Positions 49,488 to 61,189 of a DNA stretch of 64,000 nt are shown here, piece by piece. Source of the stretch: Nageia nagi (lineage: Eukaryota; Plantae; Pinophyta); assembly GCA_050084985.1 (NCBI GenBank), contig JBITNC010000001.1, forward strand, positions 185,442,001 through 185,506,000, given 5' to 3'. How positions within the stretch are numbered: position 1 is the stretch's first letter; every line of letters starts with the position of its first letter. A program made the translations under genes and the position numbers. The notes below the pieces were generated by a model. It had not been told where the DNA came from. It made no database searches and saw only the letters and a list, made by a program, of their open reading frames with translations.

Positions 49488-52400
49488 AAAAGGAAGGAGA
49501 TTTGACATAGTTTACATATAATAGGATGTTTTCTTCCATTGAATAATAGATCTCAAATATTTCTAAAAGGTGTTAAAACAAGAAAAGGCTTCAAGGAATA
49601 AATTATGATCCTCTCTCAAGGTGGGAAATGAATCATATGCATAGTGCCCATCAATTAACTATTCTTGGTTCCAAGGTAGAGAAATTCCTTGGAGTAGCCA
49701 TTTGAAAGATTTATTGGTAAGAAAGTACACAAAATATTTAACCACTAATATGTATAATAAGGGGACTAAAGGGTAGCCTTATTTGACCTATATGTAAATC
49801 CCTATGGTATTAGTCTTCATACTATCTAAGGTAATGATAACTAAAGCATTAAAGAAGAACATTTTGATTGAGGTGATAAAGGCAGGGAAAAACTAATGGC
49901 CTAAAACATTGCAAGAATAAAATTCCACTCAATTTTATCATAAGATTTATAAAATTCAATTTTGATAAAGAGGGTATTTTATTGAGAAGCATGACCCAAT
50001 TTCTTTCCTTCCCAAACCATAATAAGATTGTTGAGAATTTATCTACTCTAAATGAATCCTATTTATTTAGGATAAATAATTTGGGGAAGAAGAGGCATAA
50101 TTTTTTAGGTTGAGGATTAAGTAATAATCTTATATCTAACATTGAGCAAAGTAATTAGTTTCTAGCTTGTAATAATCTTAGGATTTCTTGACTTGGGAAT
50201 GATCTTAATATTACCTTTGTTGATTATAGAGGCCAAAGATCTTGTTAAAAGAGTTTTTTTGTATATACAAAGAAGGTCAAGATCAACCATATCCCATAGT
50301 TATTTATAGAAATCATATAGGTAGCCATCCAATCGAGGAGCTTTCTAATTTTCCATACAAGAAAGAGCCACTTTTAGATCTTCAATTGAGAGGGTATGGT
50401 CACACTTCACTTTATAGGAAGGAGAGAGTTTATATACAACCATACTTAAACATTCAACTAGAGCATTTTTCCTTTCCAAAGTGAATGCTTTTAAGGAAAC
50501 AATTTGTTAGTCATACTTGACATATACATTGGAAATGTTTGGAGATCAATGAATATATTATTCCCATCCATAATGGCTTTTAATTGGGCTACTAATTTAG
50601 GAGGTTTAATATACTAAAAGAGTTCTTTAAGGATTGGATTCAAGCTAAATAGAGGAATGTGTAAACTCATATATGAGGGAATTACAAGAGTGCTTACAAA
50701 TCTATGAAAGCTCAACTCCTAACACTCTAAAAATAGTAGTGTTTATGAGGATAATACCATTCCACCACCCAATCTAGCCATTATTCCCAAAGGGTCTAGG
50801 GAATAAATTCTAGACTTAGAAAATATGAGAAACAATGGTTGGGTGGTGCAAAAAGAGACATTAAGATAGAACTGAGAATGAAAAATCCTAGAAATATATT
50901 AAGGGGGAGAAAATTTAAAGATAATTAGCATATGATCAAAGATTATGTTGCTAGGGAGGGAAATGAATAAATGTGAAGCTTGAGTGAGACCATCAAAGGT
51001 AAACCTAGAATTGCCTGTAAGCATGTACCTATCTAGTATCTTGATAAGTTTATCCTCCTCTTCTTAGAAATTGGACCAAGTGAACCAAATAGAGTTTGGA
51101 AAGCTTTGAGAGGTGTGACATGCATTAGAATCCATAAGCTCATGCTTGTTCTTAAGAAAGAACCAATCATTTCTCTCACCTGCACACCAATGCATGGGAA
51201 GTCTACCAAATTTATCCTCCATTTTTTTGACCATGTTAAAATCTCCACAAAAAAGCCAAATTACTTATGGAAGTGATAATGAAGCATAACACATATGTTA
51301 GGGCCTTTATGAAAAGAATATATTTTGACAACTCCAAAAGGCTTTTCATCAATATAAAAAGGGATCCACACTTCCTAGATTCAGGGATTTATATCCCAAT
51401 AAACTAATAAAGAAGTCCATTTTAATTTGGTGGTACTAAGGTAATGGTTTCTTGAATATAAAAAATAATTTACACATTCTAAGTTAAGATTAAATATTTT
51501 AACTTGTAAATAAAGAAAATCAAGTTTCATGTACAAATGGGTGACTTTTGTAATTTCACTATGGATTTAATATTTTAGGACTTGGTCCATTAGCCCTTTG
51601 ATATTCCATGATAGAAAAATTATTAAGAATATTTTGAGGTTCATAGCACTATCAAAATCTTCTATCTCACCATCTTTCATGTTGATATCCTCATTTTCCC
51701 CTAACTCCCTAAGAGACGAGTAGGGGTTTGCAAGCAAGTTGGCATGAGTAGTGACTTCAAACATGCTAAAAGATCACTTGTCCTAGCAGTTGAATGTCAA
51801 TATCACAAGAGGAGTATGATACCTATTAGATTGTATCAAATCCTCCTCATAGTTAATTTCTAGAGTGGGATAAGCAAAGTTGGAAATAGAAATAAAAACT
51901 TGAGTCATGGTTGATACATTACTCATAGGTGATAGCTATGATATTGTATTGGGTTGTGAATGAAAAATTGAGGAAACATTGCCTTGAGGTGGTGCTATGG
52001 GATATTAGTTCATATTTTTCCTACCCACCATGTTCTATTGAATTGATGGATCTATAATCTAATTATTTTTGGTGGGCTTAACTACTGGCTATGGATCTGG
52101 AGCTATTGGTGGGGCTATAGATACATTGGTTGCTTGATTTTGGGGCTTGAATCTACCTTCCATAAGAGGAAAATATTTAATTTTATGGTCTATTAACTAA
52201 CACCAATAATATGTGTTGGTAATTTTGATGTAAACCAATTTTTTACAATAGGAGGATTGGCCAACTTTGACCACTAAATGGGATTTTAGATATTTGGAAA
52301 GCTCTATTTTCATAGAAACTCTTTTAGAGGCCTTAACCCCTTAAAATATTAGTTTTTCCACACTTACAAAGATGCCTAGCAAGAAATAATTCTTTCTCAA

Positions 52401-53139
52401 AAAGGCTTGAGAGGGATAGGAAGAATGGGAAGTTTGACACATATGAGGACTTTCAATGGGATACCTTCATCGATAGAGAAATATTAGGTTCATGGTTGAA
52501 ACACCAAGAATGAGTTCCTAACATATCACAGACCATGGTCAAAGATTGACTTGGTATGGTCTTCATAAGGAAAATGAAATAGAAAAAACCTTTTATGAGG
52601 ATTTATATCCCTTCAATTTTGACATCATATGAAGTCTAATACTATTGGAACTAACTGCAAATGATAGTATCCATTGAGATATGATCCAATAAATACCCTA
52701 TGAGGGTATGCTTTTCTAGTCAACCATATGCATTATTAAAATCATATATATGTATTGTAACATCATATTAAGAGGGATTACCTCATAGTATATATTCATA
52801 ATGAACTTCTTGGGTTCCTTAGGTATCATTTCTCTTATCAGTAGCTCCAACTTGGGTTGAAGTTGTTGAATGAGATGAGTCCATATTAATAACAAATCAA
52901 ATCTTTTCAAGGTGGTGACAAGTATGTTTATGTGGTAGTCAGAGCTAAGTAATAGTAATCCCACACAAGAATTAATATGGTATGAAACCCTAAGCCAAAT
53001 GTTTGGCTCAAGTAAATTAGGGAAAATAAAAGTGATTAGAGAAATTATTCTTCCATATATGTTTAGTATAACTATTTTATACATTTTTGATATCATTATA
53101 TTATGTGTATATGTGTGTGTGTGTATATTCTTTTAATAT

Positions 53140-53570
53140 CCTTGGTTGAAATGGATAGTTGTTTAAACTTCCAAAATAGATTTTTTGGGCACATTATTTG
53201 AAGTGAAAAGTTGTGTAAAATTTCTTCAAATTTTACTTTGTGCACTATCTTCATTGATTGATTGTGCAATTTTTTTTAAATATCCTTATTTGGATGAAAA
53301 ATTTATTCTCAAAATATTGGTTATACACATATACTTGTTAGAGTGGAAAGTTATATAAACTTTCTCCACATTTGTATTATTGTGCACATTTTTTATATCC
53401 TTGTTGGAGTGAAAAGTTGTGTAAACTTTATCCACATTTAAATTATTGAGAAAATATTTTATATATTTGGTTGGAATGGATAGTTGTATAAATTTACTCC
53501 AAATTGTAAGCTATGCACTTATTTTTGGAGTGAAAAGTTGTGTAAAGTTTCTCTAAATTAAACTATTATG
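53140..53570. repeat. Degenerate ~55-66-bp minisatellite
   Basis: gagtgaaaagttgtgtaaa-like core near 53149, 53201, 53341, 53407, 53474 and 53528. Confidence 0.8.
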
Positions 53571-53754
53571 CATATATTGATATTAATTTTTATCACTCTA
53601 TTTTACATGCATATATAGATATATTGTATATCATTATTGGTATTGTGCACATACAATATTTTAATATATAGCGTGTGAGTTATAAATAAAATTTTAAACT
53701 ACTATGTTTGATCAGTGTGGAAAGTATGGTTGTGTACATTTCCTTCCATGTTTT

Positions 53755-53905
53755 TGTGTATAGGTGGATATCTAGAATATCACCATTATTATTTGTGCAT
53801 AGGTGGATATCTCGCATATCACCATTATTTATTATGCATAGTTAGATATATTAAATACTACCATTATTATTTTGCATAGGATGATATTTTACATATCACT
53901 AATTA
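53755..53905. repeat. ~39-bp minisatellite (4 copies)
   Basis: taggtggatatct..atatcaccattatt recurs near 53761, 53800, 53839 and 53877. Confidence 0.8.
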
Positions 53906-54204
53906 TTATACATAAATGAAACTTTTATAACCATTATTGATAGATATCATGTTTTTGTGTGCACATAATGATAAAATGATATTGGAGTTATAATAATAAT
54001 TTATATGATGTAACAACCATATTTATAGTAGAATTTTATTATTACCTACATATACATTTTCTAATTATTAACTTATTCTTTCTTTTACAAAAATTATTAT
54101 TTCCTTGATGTCAAGTATAATTATTTAATTAACTTAATACTTTGGAGAGATTATGATGGCAAGTATAAATATATTTTGAATGATTGTCACAATATTAGTT
54201 CTAT

Positions 54205-54495
54205 GATGAAAAGTTATATACATGTTTATGGATTATTTACCACATTATTACTTCCAAGATGGGAAGTTATATCCATCTTTATGGATTGTTTGCCACATTG
54301 TCACTTCCATTTTGGGAAGTTGTATCCATATTTATGGATTTTTTTCCATATTATTACTTCCATTTTGAAACGTTATATCCATGATTATGGATTATTTTCC
54401 ACATTGTTAATTTCATTTTGAAAAGTTGTATCCATATTTATGGATTGTTTACCATATTGTTACTTACATGATTGGGAAATTACATCCATGCTTAT
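54205..54495. repeat. 53-bp minisatellite (about 5.5 copies)
   Basis: aagtt(a/g)tatccat..ttatggatt near 54211, 54264, 54317, 54370, 54423 and 54477. Confidence 0.9.
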
Positions 54496-54559
54496 GGAGT
54501 GATGAATGTTGAATATATTATGATGGAATAGTGAATTATTATTATTCCATCTTATGCAT

Positions 54560-54840
54560 CCTAACTATGTGATATAATCATGGGATTTTGTGGCTTATGC
54601 ATCTTGACTAGGTAGCATAGTAAACTTGAAATTTTATGGCTTATGCATCTAGACCAAGTGGCATAGTCAAGTTGGAATCTTGTGGCTTATGCATCTTGAC
54701 CAGGTGGCATATTCAAGTTGGAATCTTATGGCTTATGCATCTTGACTAGGTGGTATAGTCAAATTGGCTTTTATACCTTTTAGGATTATGGCTTGTATAT
54801 CTTGACTTAATAGCATAGTCAAGTTAGCATTTGATGGTTT
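54560..54840. repeat. 46-bp minisatellite with internal hairpin (about 6 copies)
   Basis: tggcttatgcatcttgactaggtggcatagtcaagttggaatct at 54591, 54637, 54683 and 54729, plus a variant at 54789. Confidence 0.9.
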
Positions 54841-55013
54841 ATGGATTTATTAATATATCATATGTATAATAGTATATGATGACATATAAAGTAGATTGTA
54901 TGTGTGATAAGTAATCATCAAAAGAATAATTTCATGTCATATAACTACATAACTTATCTTAATGACATCATATGTTTGTGACAAGTGTTCATTACAAGGG
55001 TAATTCTAAAAAA

Positions 55014-55087
55014 TGGCACTCGGCAAACATTTTATATACAAACATTTTAAAATAAGTTGAACGATAAGATATGTTGGTGCCACTAAT
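55014..55087 (+). mobile_element. Putative Helitron-like 3' terminus
   Basis: Inverted arms TGGCAC.. (55014) and ..GTGCCA (55082) followed directly by CTAA|T (CTRR-T). The loop is longer than in canonical Helitron hairpins. Confidence 0.4.
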
Positions 55088-56099
55088 GCCTTGTGATAAA
55101 TGCTTAATTATATTTAGAAAATCATGGTAAGCATTAACCTCTTTTTCTTTTCAAGAGAGAAATGCAACAATAGGGATCTAATATCCTCCTTTTAATAAGG
55201 TGGTCCTCGATGTGTTTTCTTAATGATAATGTATTATGTCAAGAATTATGTTATTTTTCTCACAATATTTCCCACATTTAGATTAAATAATTTCTCCACT
55301 GATTCCAAAAAAGTAAGCAATTACTTAATGTTTGTAACTCAGTTGCATTAGACTTTCTTGAATTATCTAACTTATGAGGAAGATAGTAGTACTTTTCACA
55401 CAAGTATGTCTTCACTTATTGAATGAATATTTTTATATTTTTTTACATTTTTTCATCTTTTCCTCTAAATGTTCAATGAATTAGTTTATTTCAATCACTT
55501 AGCTATTTTAACCAAGCTAAAGAATCTTGCTCAAGTTATAAGTAAAGAATGATATATCTCATGTGAATTGCCTTACACTTAGTTTCTTTTACTTATTTAT
55601 TACAAGCACTTAGTTTCTTTAGTGATATGTTATACTACAAATCTTGAACAACACATCATATTTCTTTCACTAAATCAAACATTGATTGCTTTTGAAGTTT
55701 GCAAAAAGATAACATTATCCAAGTATAAGAAATGAATTGCTACATATAAAATTGAAATTCATATCATCACTTAAATAAGTATCAAAGAAATAAATGCACA
55801 TAAGTTGCATGTAAAATATTCTATCTTATTATTATAGAAGCTTCAAAGTGTAACTTTTAAAATTTAGAGTGCAAGAGAGAGAGTTACAAATGAGGCCCTT
55901 TTTCCTTTAAGTAATGTCTAGAAGTAGTTATATTTGAAATAAAATATTAAATCCTTTGAGAAACCCTAACTACATTAAGAAAGCCTAACTACATAATTAT
56001 CAAGATTTGGCTAAGTCTAAAAATTAGCCATTTCAAAAAAAACTAAGTCTAAAAAAATTAAACTAACTCTGTAGACTAAGGGACAACAAATTTTCTAAC

Positions 56100-59000
56100 A
56101 TCTTTAATTCCCTTTACAATTCTATTGAGAACATAATAACTACTCTTCAATTTAGTGTTTAAGAAGAAGGAAACTGAGCTATCATTTTTGCAACCTTTGC
56201 CTTGATATCTCCTTTTGAGAAGTTTTGAACTTTGTCATGAACTTCCATCAATACTTGATATTGACAAATAATTTGTCCTATTGCCCATTTTTGAATTTTT
56301 TGATGTGCAATATTAACTTGGGAAATCTAAATGAGATAGTGTTCATATGCTACAAAGGCTTCCTCAAGATTGTTTGATTTTAATTTCCTTTACAAGAGCT
56401 CTTTTAAACTTATTTTAACTTCATCATCCCTCCTCCATTGGCTAGATTTGTTTAGGGTTTGAATATCTATCAAATCAATAATATCCCTATTCTCCTGATA
56501 CACCTTATTAGCCTCTTGTTTAAATGCTTAACATCTTTTCTTGGCATTTAAAAACAAATCAAAAAGGAAAAAAAGTTATTTGTAAAAGTTCAATAGTTGT
56601 TCATCATGAATAACCTCCCATTCAATTCTTATCATATTTTCTAATTCATCTAGTCATTGGTATGCAAATTTATTTATATCAGCCTCAACATTATGTAACT
56701 AAAAATGATATTTTTAAGGTAAATGAGATCATGGTATGCATTTGGGAAGACTTTAGTCACTTTAGTAATTAATTTATCAATCCTCTACTCAAATTCATAA
56801 CCTGTCTTATATTTAGACTACAATTCATCTTTGTTGATCCCAAATTCATCAAACTACTTAAAAGTTTTCTTCATTTTCTTCATTTCACTTTTGAGCTTGT
56901 TTACCTCTGATTCTTTCTCTTGTGCTAATTTTGTTAAATTATTTATAAACTAATATATAATGTATGCATTTTAATCGATTCTAAGTGGCCCAATTTCATA
57001 ATATATAGTGCTAACATTTATTTATCTCTTATCCTTAGGTTTCCTAACATTAGTGGAAAGCTTGCTCACATGTGAGGTCTATTTACCAAATTCTACCATA
57101 ATTGGTAGTTTATGGGTAATGGGGGTGATTTCTTCACCTATAGCTTTTGTTGCCTCTTCCTATTCACTTCCACTACTAATTTCCTAAATTCTTTAAGGTA
57201 TGCATCAATATCTATGTTTTTCAAAAGATTTTTGGAGCTGAGCTAATCAATGGTCATGTTATCATCGATTGAGATAATTTGCTTTTCATGTTCATATTAT
57301 TATTTTTTCTTTCTCCTCTTTTCATTCTCATCATCATCATCATCATCATCATTGTAGTAATCATCTCCTTTACCATAACCACCAACTATTTTGGACAAAT
57401 ATTTAGGTGACTTCTATGAACTTAAACTTTTATGAGGAGTAATAGCTTTCCTAGCCTCAAATTGAGTGGTTGGGCACTTTGTTGTTTGAGTAGATCCCTT
57501 GGTGGCTTGTTGAAGAGGGATATTTTAAACTACTACTTGATGAAAAATATTCAAGGGTGGAATAAGAGTAACTAGTGATCAAATCCAAATTGGAAGAAAA
57601 TTCATAAGAAACGGGTATATTTTATTTGATATCCCCTTCTTCTTCAAAGTTAATGATGTTTACATATTGTTCTTACCCTTCTATATGAGTGTCTATTATT
57701 GGACCAATATATTGATATTCTTTGAAATCTTCTTTAACTTGCTTATTATCCTCTTCTTCTTATCCTCCCATTTATTCTTCTCCTTGCTTAATGCTATGGC
57801 TCCTTGATATTGAGCTATGATCAGATCATGATTGATTATCATCATCAAAATCATTGAAGTTGATAGAAGAACTATTATTGTAAGAAGTATTTATAGTAGG
57901 GACTATAGTACAATTACTTTCTCCAATTTCAAATTGAAAATTTGAATGTACCACTGATGCATTAATTATTTTCAAATAATCAATCCCTTGCATTGAGCCA
58001 AACTGGTTAAAATTAGGGTCCTTTGTAAAATCTTGCTTAGTTATTTCTTGTGCTACAAGATGTGATGAGTGACTCTTTGGAATTGTATCTCTTGATACTC
58101 CTTTTATTTTCTCCCTTTCCTCTTGAGCTATTTGTTATGAGATCCTTTGAATTTGTAGATCTGAATGTACATTCCTAAATTTTTCAGGGTGGCTAAGGGA
58201 GTGGTGTTTGTAATTTATGTGAAATGTCTAACAAAATATATCAACTACTTTGGTTGGATCATAATTTATTTTTATGCATGATTATCAAACCCATATCCTT
58301 CAATTTCACACTTAATTATTTCAACTTCCAACCAATTATTACAATAGTACCATGATAAGGTGATAGGCATTTTGATGGGTGCCTCTTTCTTCTCTTTAGC
58401 AAATTTTCATGAAAATAAAAATATTATCTAACAAATTCTAAATATACCATTATGTCACTGAGATTTCATGGAAATTTGAGGGGATCCACATTCATTCCAA
58501 ACACTCTAATGTAAGAATTATAAACTTCTTCTAAGTAGAACTCAACAAACCTTTTCAAAAAGTCACAGGCTTCAATGGAAATTTTAGGCAAGTGTTGTGG
58601 TCTTTTCATCTCCTTAATTATGGCATATTACCATTCATATGTTCTCATTTGAATATAGCTCCACTCTTCATCCTTTTGGAACTTGGGGTATCCCATATAA
58701 ATAGCTACCTTTCTATTGAAAATGATCTTTTTAATATGATGGGACCTTGGTTGATTCTTGCCTTTGAGCAGTAAAAAGACTAAATAGGACATATTAAAGA
58801 AGGATATTGGCTTCTTAAATTATTTGAGCTATTCAATCATACCATCATTGATAACTTGACTCCAACATATGCTATCTTCTTTGCTAACTTTATACGAGAA
58901 ACTAAACAAATCCTTCTTAAATTAAATGTTAGTAGATTTACCCAAAATCTTGCACAAAAAGCTGATGGATTTGTTTGAAGTATCATGGAATAGGCACCTT

Positions 59001-59530
59001 TGGGATTTCATTATGGCTTGATGGATTAGGCCATGATGTTCTATATTCAACAAAGACCATATGAAGTCATTGGACCTATATTTGTTATTGTATTCTACAT
59101 ATTTTTGATTAGCATCTTCTTGAGTGAAAATAATCCTACAATTAGACCAACCAATACCTTCCTTAATACCTTCTTTGGTAAAATTTGTACTAACTATTCC
59201 TTCTACATTATTGACCACTCATATTGTGAAATTAGTATGCTCTGCTACTTCTAAAACCAACTCTAAAAAGTTTATCAAAAATGGAAGAATTGCAGCTATA
59301 AATAGTCCTAAAGAATGGATGATATCTTTTTCTTTAACCTCTTCTGGAATAGCTTTTGCTTCTCTCAACATAAAAATTGGATCAAAATAATTTCATTTTG
59401 GGTCTCTTATATTCTCTATCTTATCATAGTAATGAGCTCTTTATTTGATTCTCCCATCTTTCTTCAATTCTATAAAACTACTCTTGGTAAGTCGAGAGTA
59501 ACCATCAAAATCCTTCTTTGACTTGCTCAT
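56100..59530 (-). pseudogene. Accessory ORF of the second Tat-like element (~1100 codons, decayed)
   Basis: ATG at 59530: MSKSKKDFDGY..KKDGRIK..; ISFLCKILGKS; ICWSQVINDGMIE*L; FNMSYLVF; SYIRVFGMNVDPLKFP..LEFVR; acidic middle and coiled-coil-like tail. Confidence 0.7.
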
Positions 59531-61189
59531 CCTAAAAATAACAAAGGTCAATTTTAGACATCATCTTGAGAAAAGGTAAAATGAATGCAATTTTATGAAA
59601 ATTACTATTTTTTTTAATCGCATCGAGTTATCAACATAAGTGGGTGCAATAAGAAAAATTTAACTAAGTCACTTTAGGTATAATATTTTCATGATGTTAA
59701 AATAGAAGGTTTTAGTCAGTTTAAGTTGATGTGACTAAGACATATTAAAGTTGCTTCAAATTGAATATCAAAAGGATGCAACTAAGACATGGTTTGATTA
59801 GTCTTGAACTTAGTGGCTTTGAGTTTAGATAAGATATGATGTGATAAAAATAATGCAAGATCGCAATGAGATGAGTTTCAACCTGATGCAATAAAATGAT
59901 TAGCAATTTTTCATGTTCAATCACTGTAAAATGAAGATCAAATCAACATGAAAAATAAATAACTTAGTCATTATGAGTGAAGGTGAAAAATGATGTGATA
60001 AAGGTAAAGAAGATCTGATCTAGCTAAGTCCTATAGACCTTGATCTCTTTGGTTAGCTCAAAGTAGTTTGAAATGAATGGTTGCAAGAACAAAAGCTTCT
60101 TTATCATGACTTAGATTTTAATACCTTGTGATAATAGCTATTGCTTTGACTAACTACCCAACTTGACATGAGCATATTGAACACCTTGGTCACTTTAGCT
60201 AAACAAATAAAACACTTTAAAAAAAGCATAAAACTAAATCTTAGATGATAAATGAAGGATCTCTCTAACTATTTATAGGTAAAATTAACATGAAGGGACA
60301 TGTGTCAAAGATTGAGATAAAGATTTCCCTAGATTAGATGCTTTAAATGTGATGATTGGATGAAATTAGAGGGGAGATTTGATCATGAATATGGAGTGAC
60401 TAGTTACTGCATGTTTTCAATGTACTAGATGTGATCAAAAGATTGGATAGTCACATCAAGATGAAAATCAAGATGATTCAATAAGGAAAATGTAAAGCCA
60501 CTTCAAATTTGGTTTCTAAGTCGATGCAACAAAAGAAATAAAAAATATAGTCAAAATTCTTCATTTTAAGCTTTGATTTCCAAAAATAAGACAATTTTAG
60601 TTTCCATATCATGATGAGACCCAAATTTCACCTTTTAGTGTTCCAAACGGGCACTTGGCTTCAAAAGAAAAAATTTCAATTCTTGTCATTCAATTTTTAA
60701 GTAGGACCAAGTTTCACTCATGTATAGGGTAGGCATTTATGATCAAGCTCAGAAGATGGTATTCAAAAGTTTCATGGAAATTGATTTCCATGTTAATGTC
60801 TAGAATATTCTCTTGCCTCCATGATGGAAAATGGTCCAAACTCTTTTTACATAAAAAGATATGATCTTGATAAACTTATTTTTGGATTTTTGATTATTTA
60901 ATTTTTATATGTTTTAGTTAATTAACACAAACAACATAAATAATAAAACTTTTTCTAGATACCTAAATCAAAGAAAAAGTTTGGATAAAGTTATTGATCA
61001 AAAATTTGGGTGGTAACACTAGCTTTGTTTGGGGATGTCTTGCCTTGGTGAGATAAAAGATCCTAGCATCTCTGGTTACCATTACCACAAATTTTAAACA
61101 AATAAAAGGAAAAATAAAAAATTGACTTCGAAAATGAAAAATCCTTCCAAGTAGTTTCTAGTCATTCTCTTGAATAACTTTAGAACAAT

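Larger units (their letters stand above)
43140..52690 (-). mobile_element. Decayed L1-type LINE (ORF1 and ORF2) split by a gypsy insertion at 44566-49487
   Basis: ORF1-like relic at ~52000-52690; ORF2 endonuclease LSWNIKGL (~51610), IQET, DH.LI; RT LITLLNVRYKII (~50140) and a decayed YVDD-like site (~49510); C-terminal part continues below 44565. Summed ORF2 span ~3.5 kb. Ends not defined. Confidence 0.75.

Noticed and set aside
54560-54840. CRISPR-like array of palindromic repeats
   Set aside because: No unique spacers, no cas genes, eukaryotic TE context.
55693-56100. Possible solo LTR ending ttctaaCA at 56100
   Set aside because: The left boundary is ambiguous and the best TSD match is only 4 of 5 (GCTTT / TCTTT).
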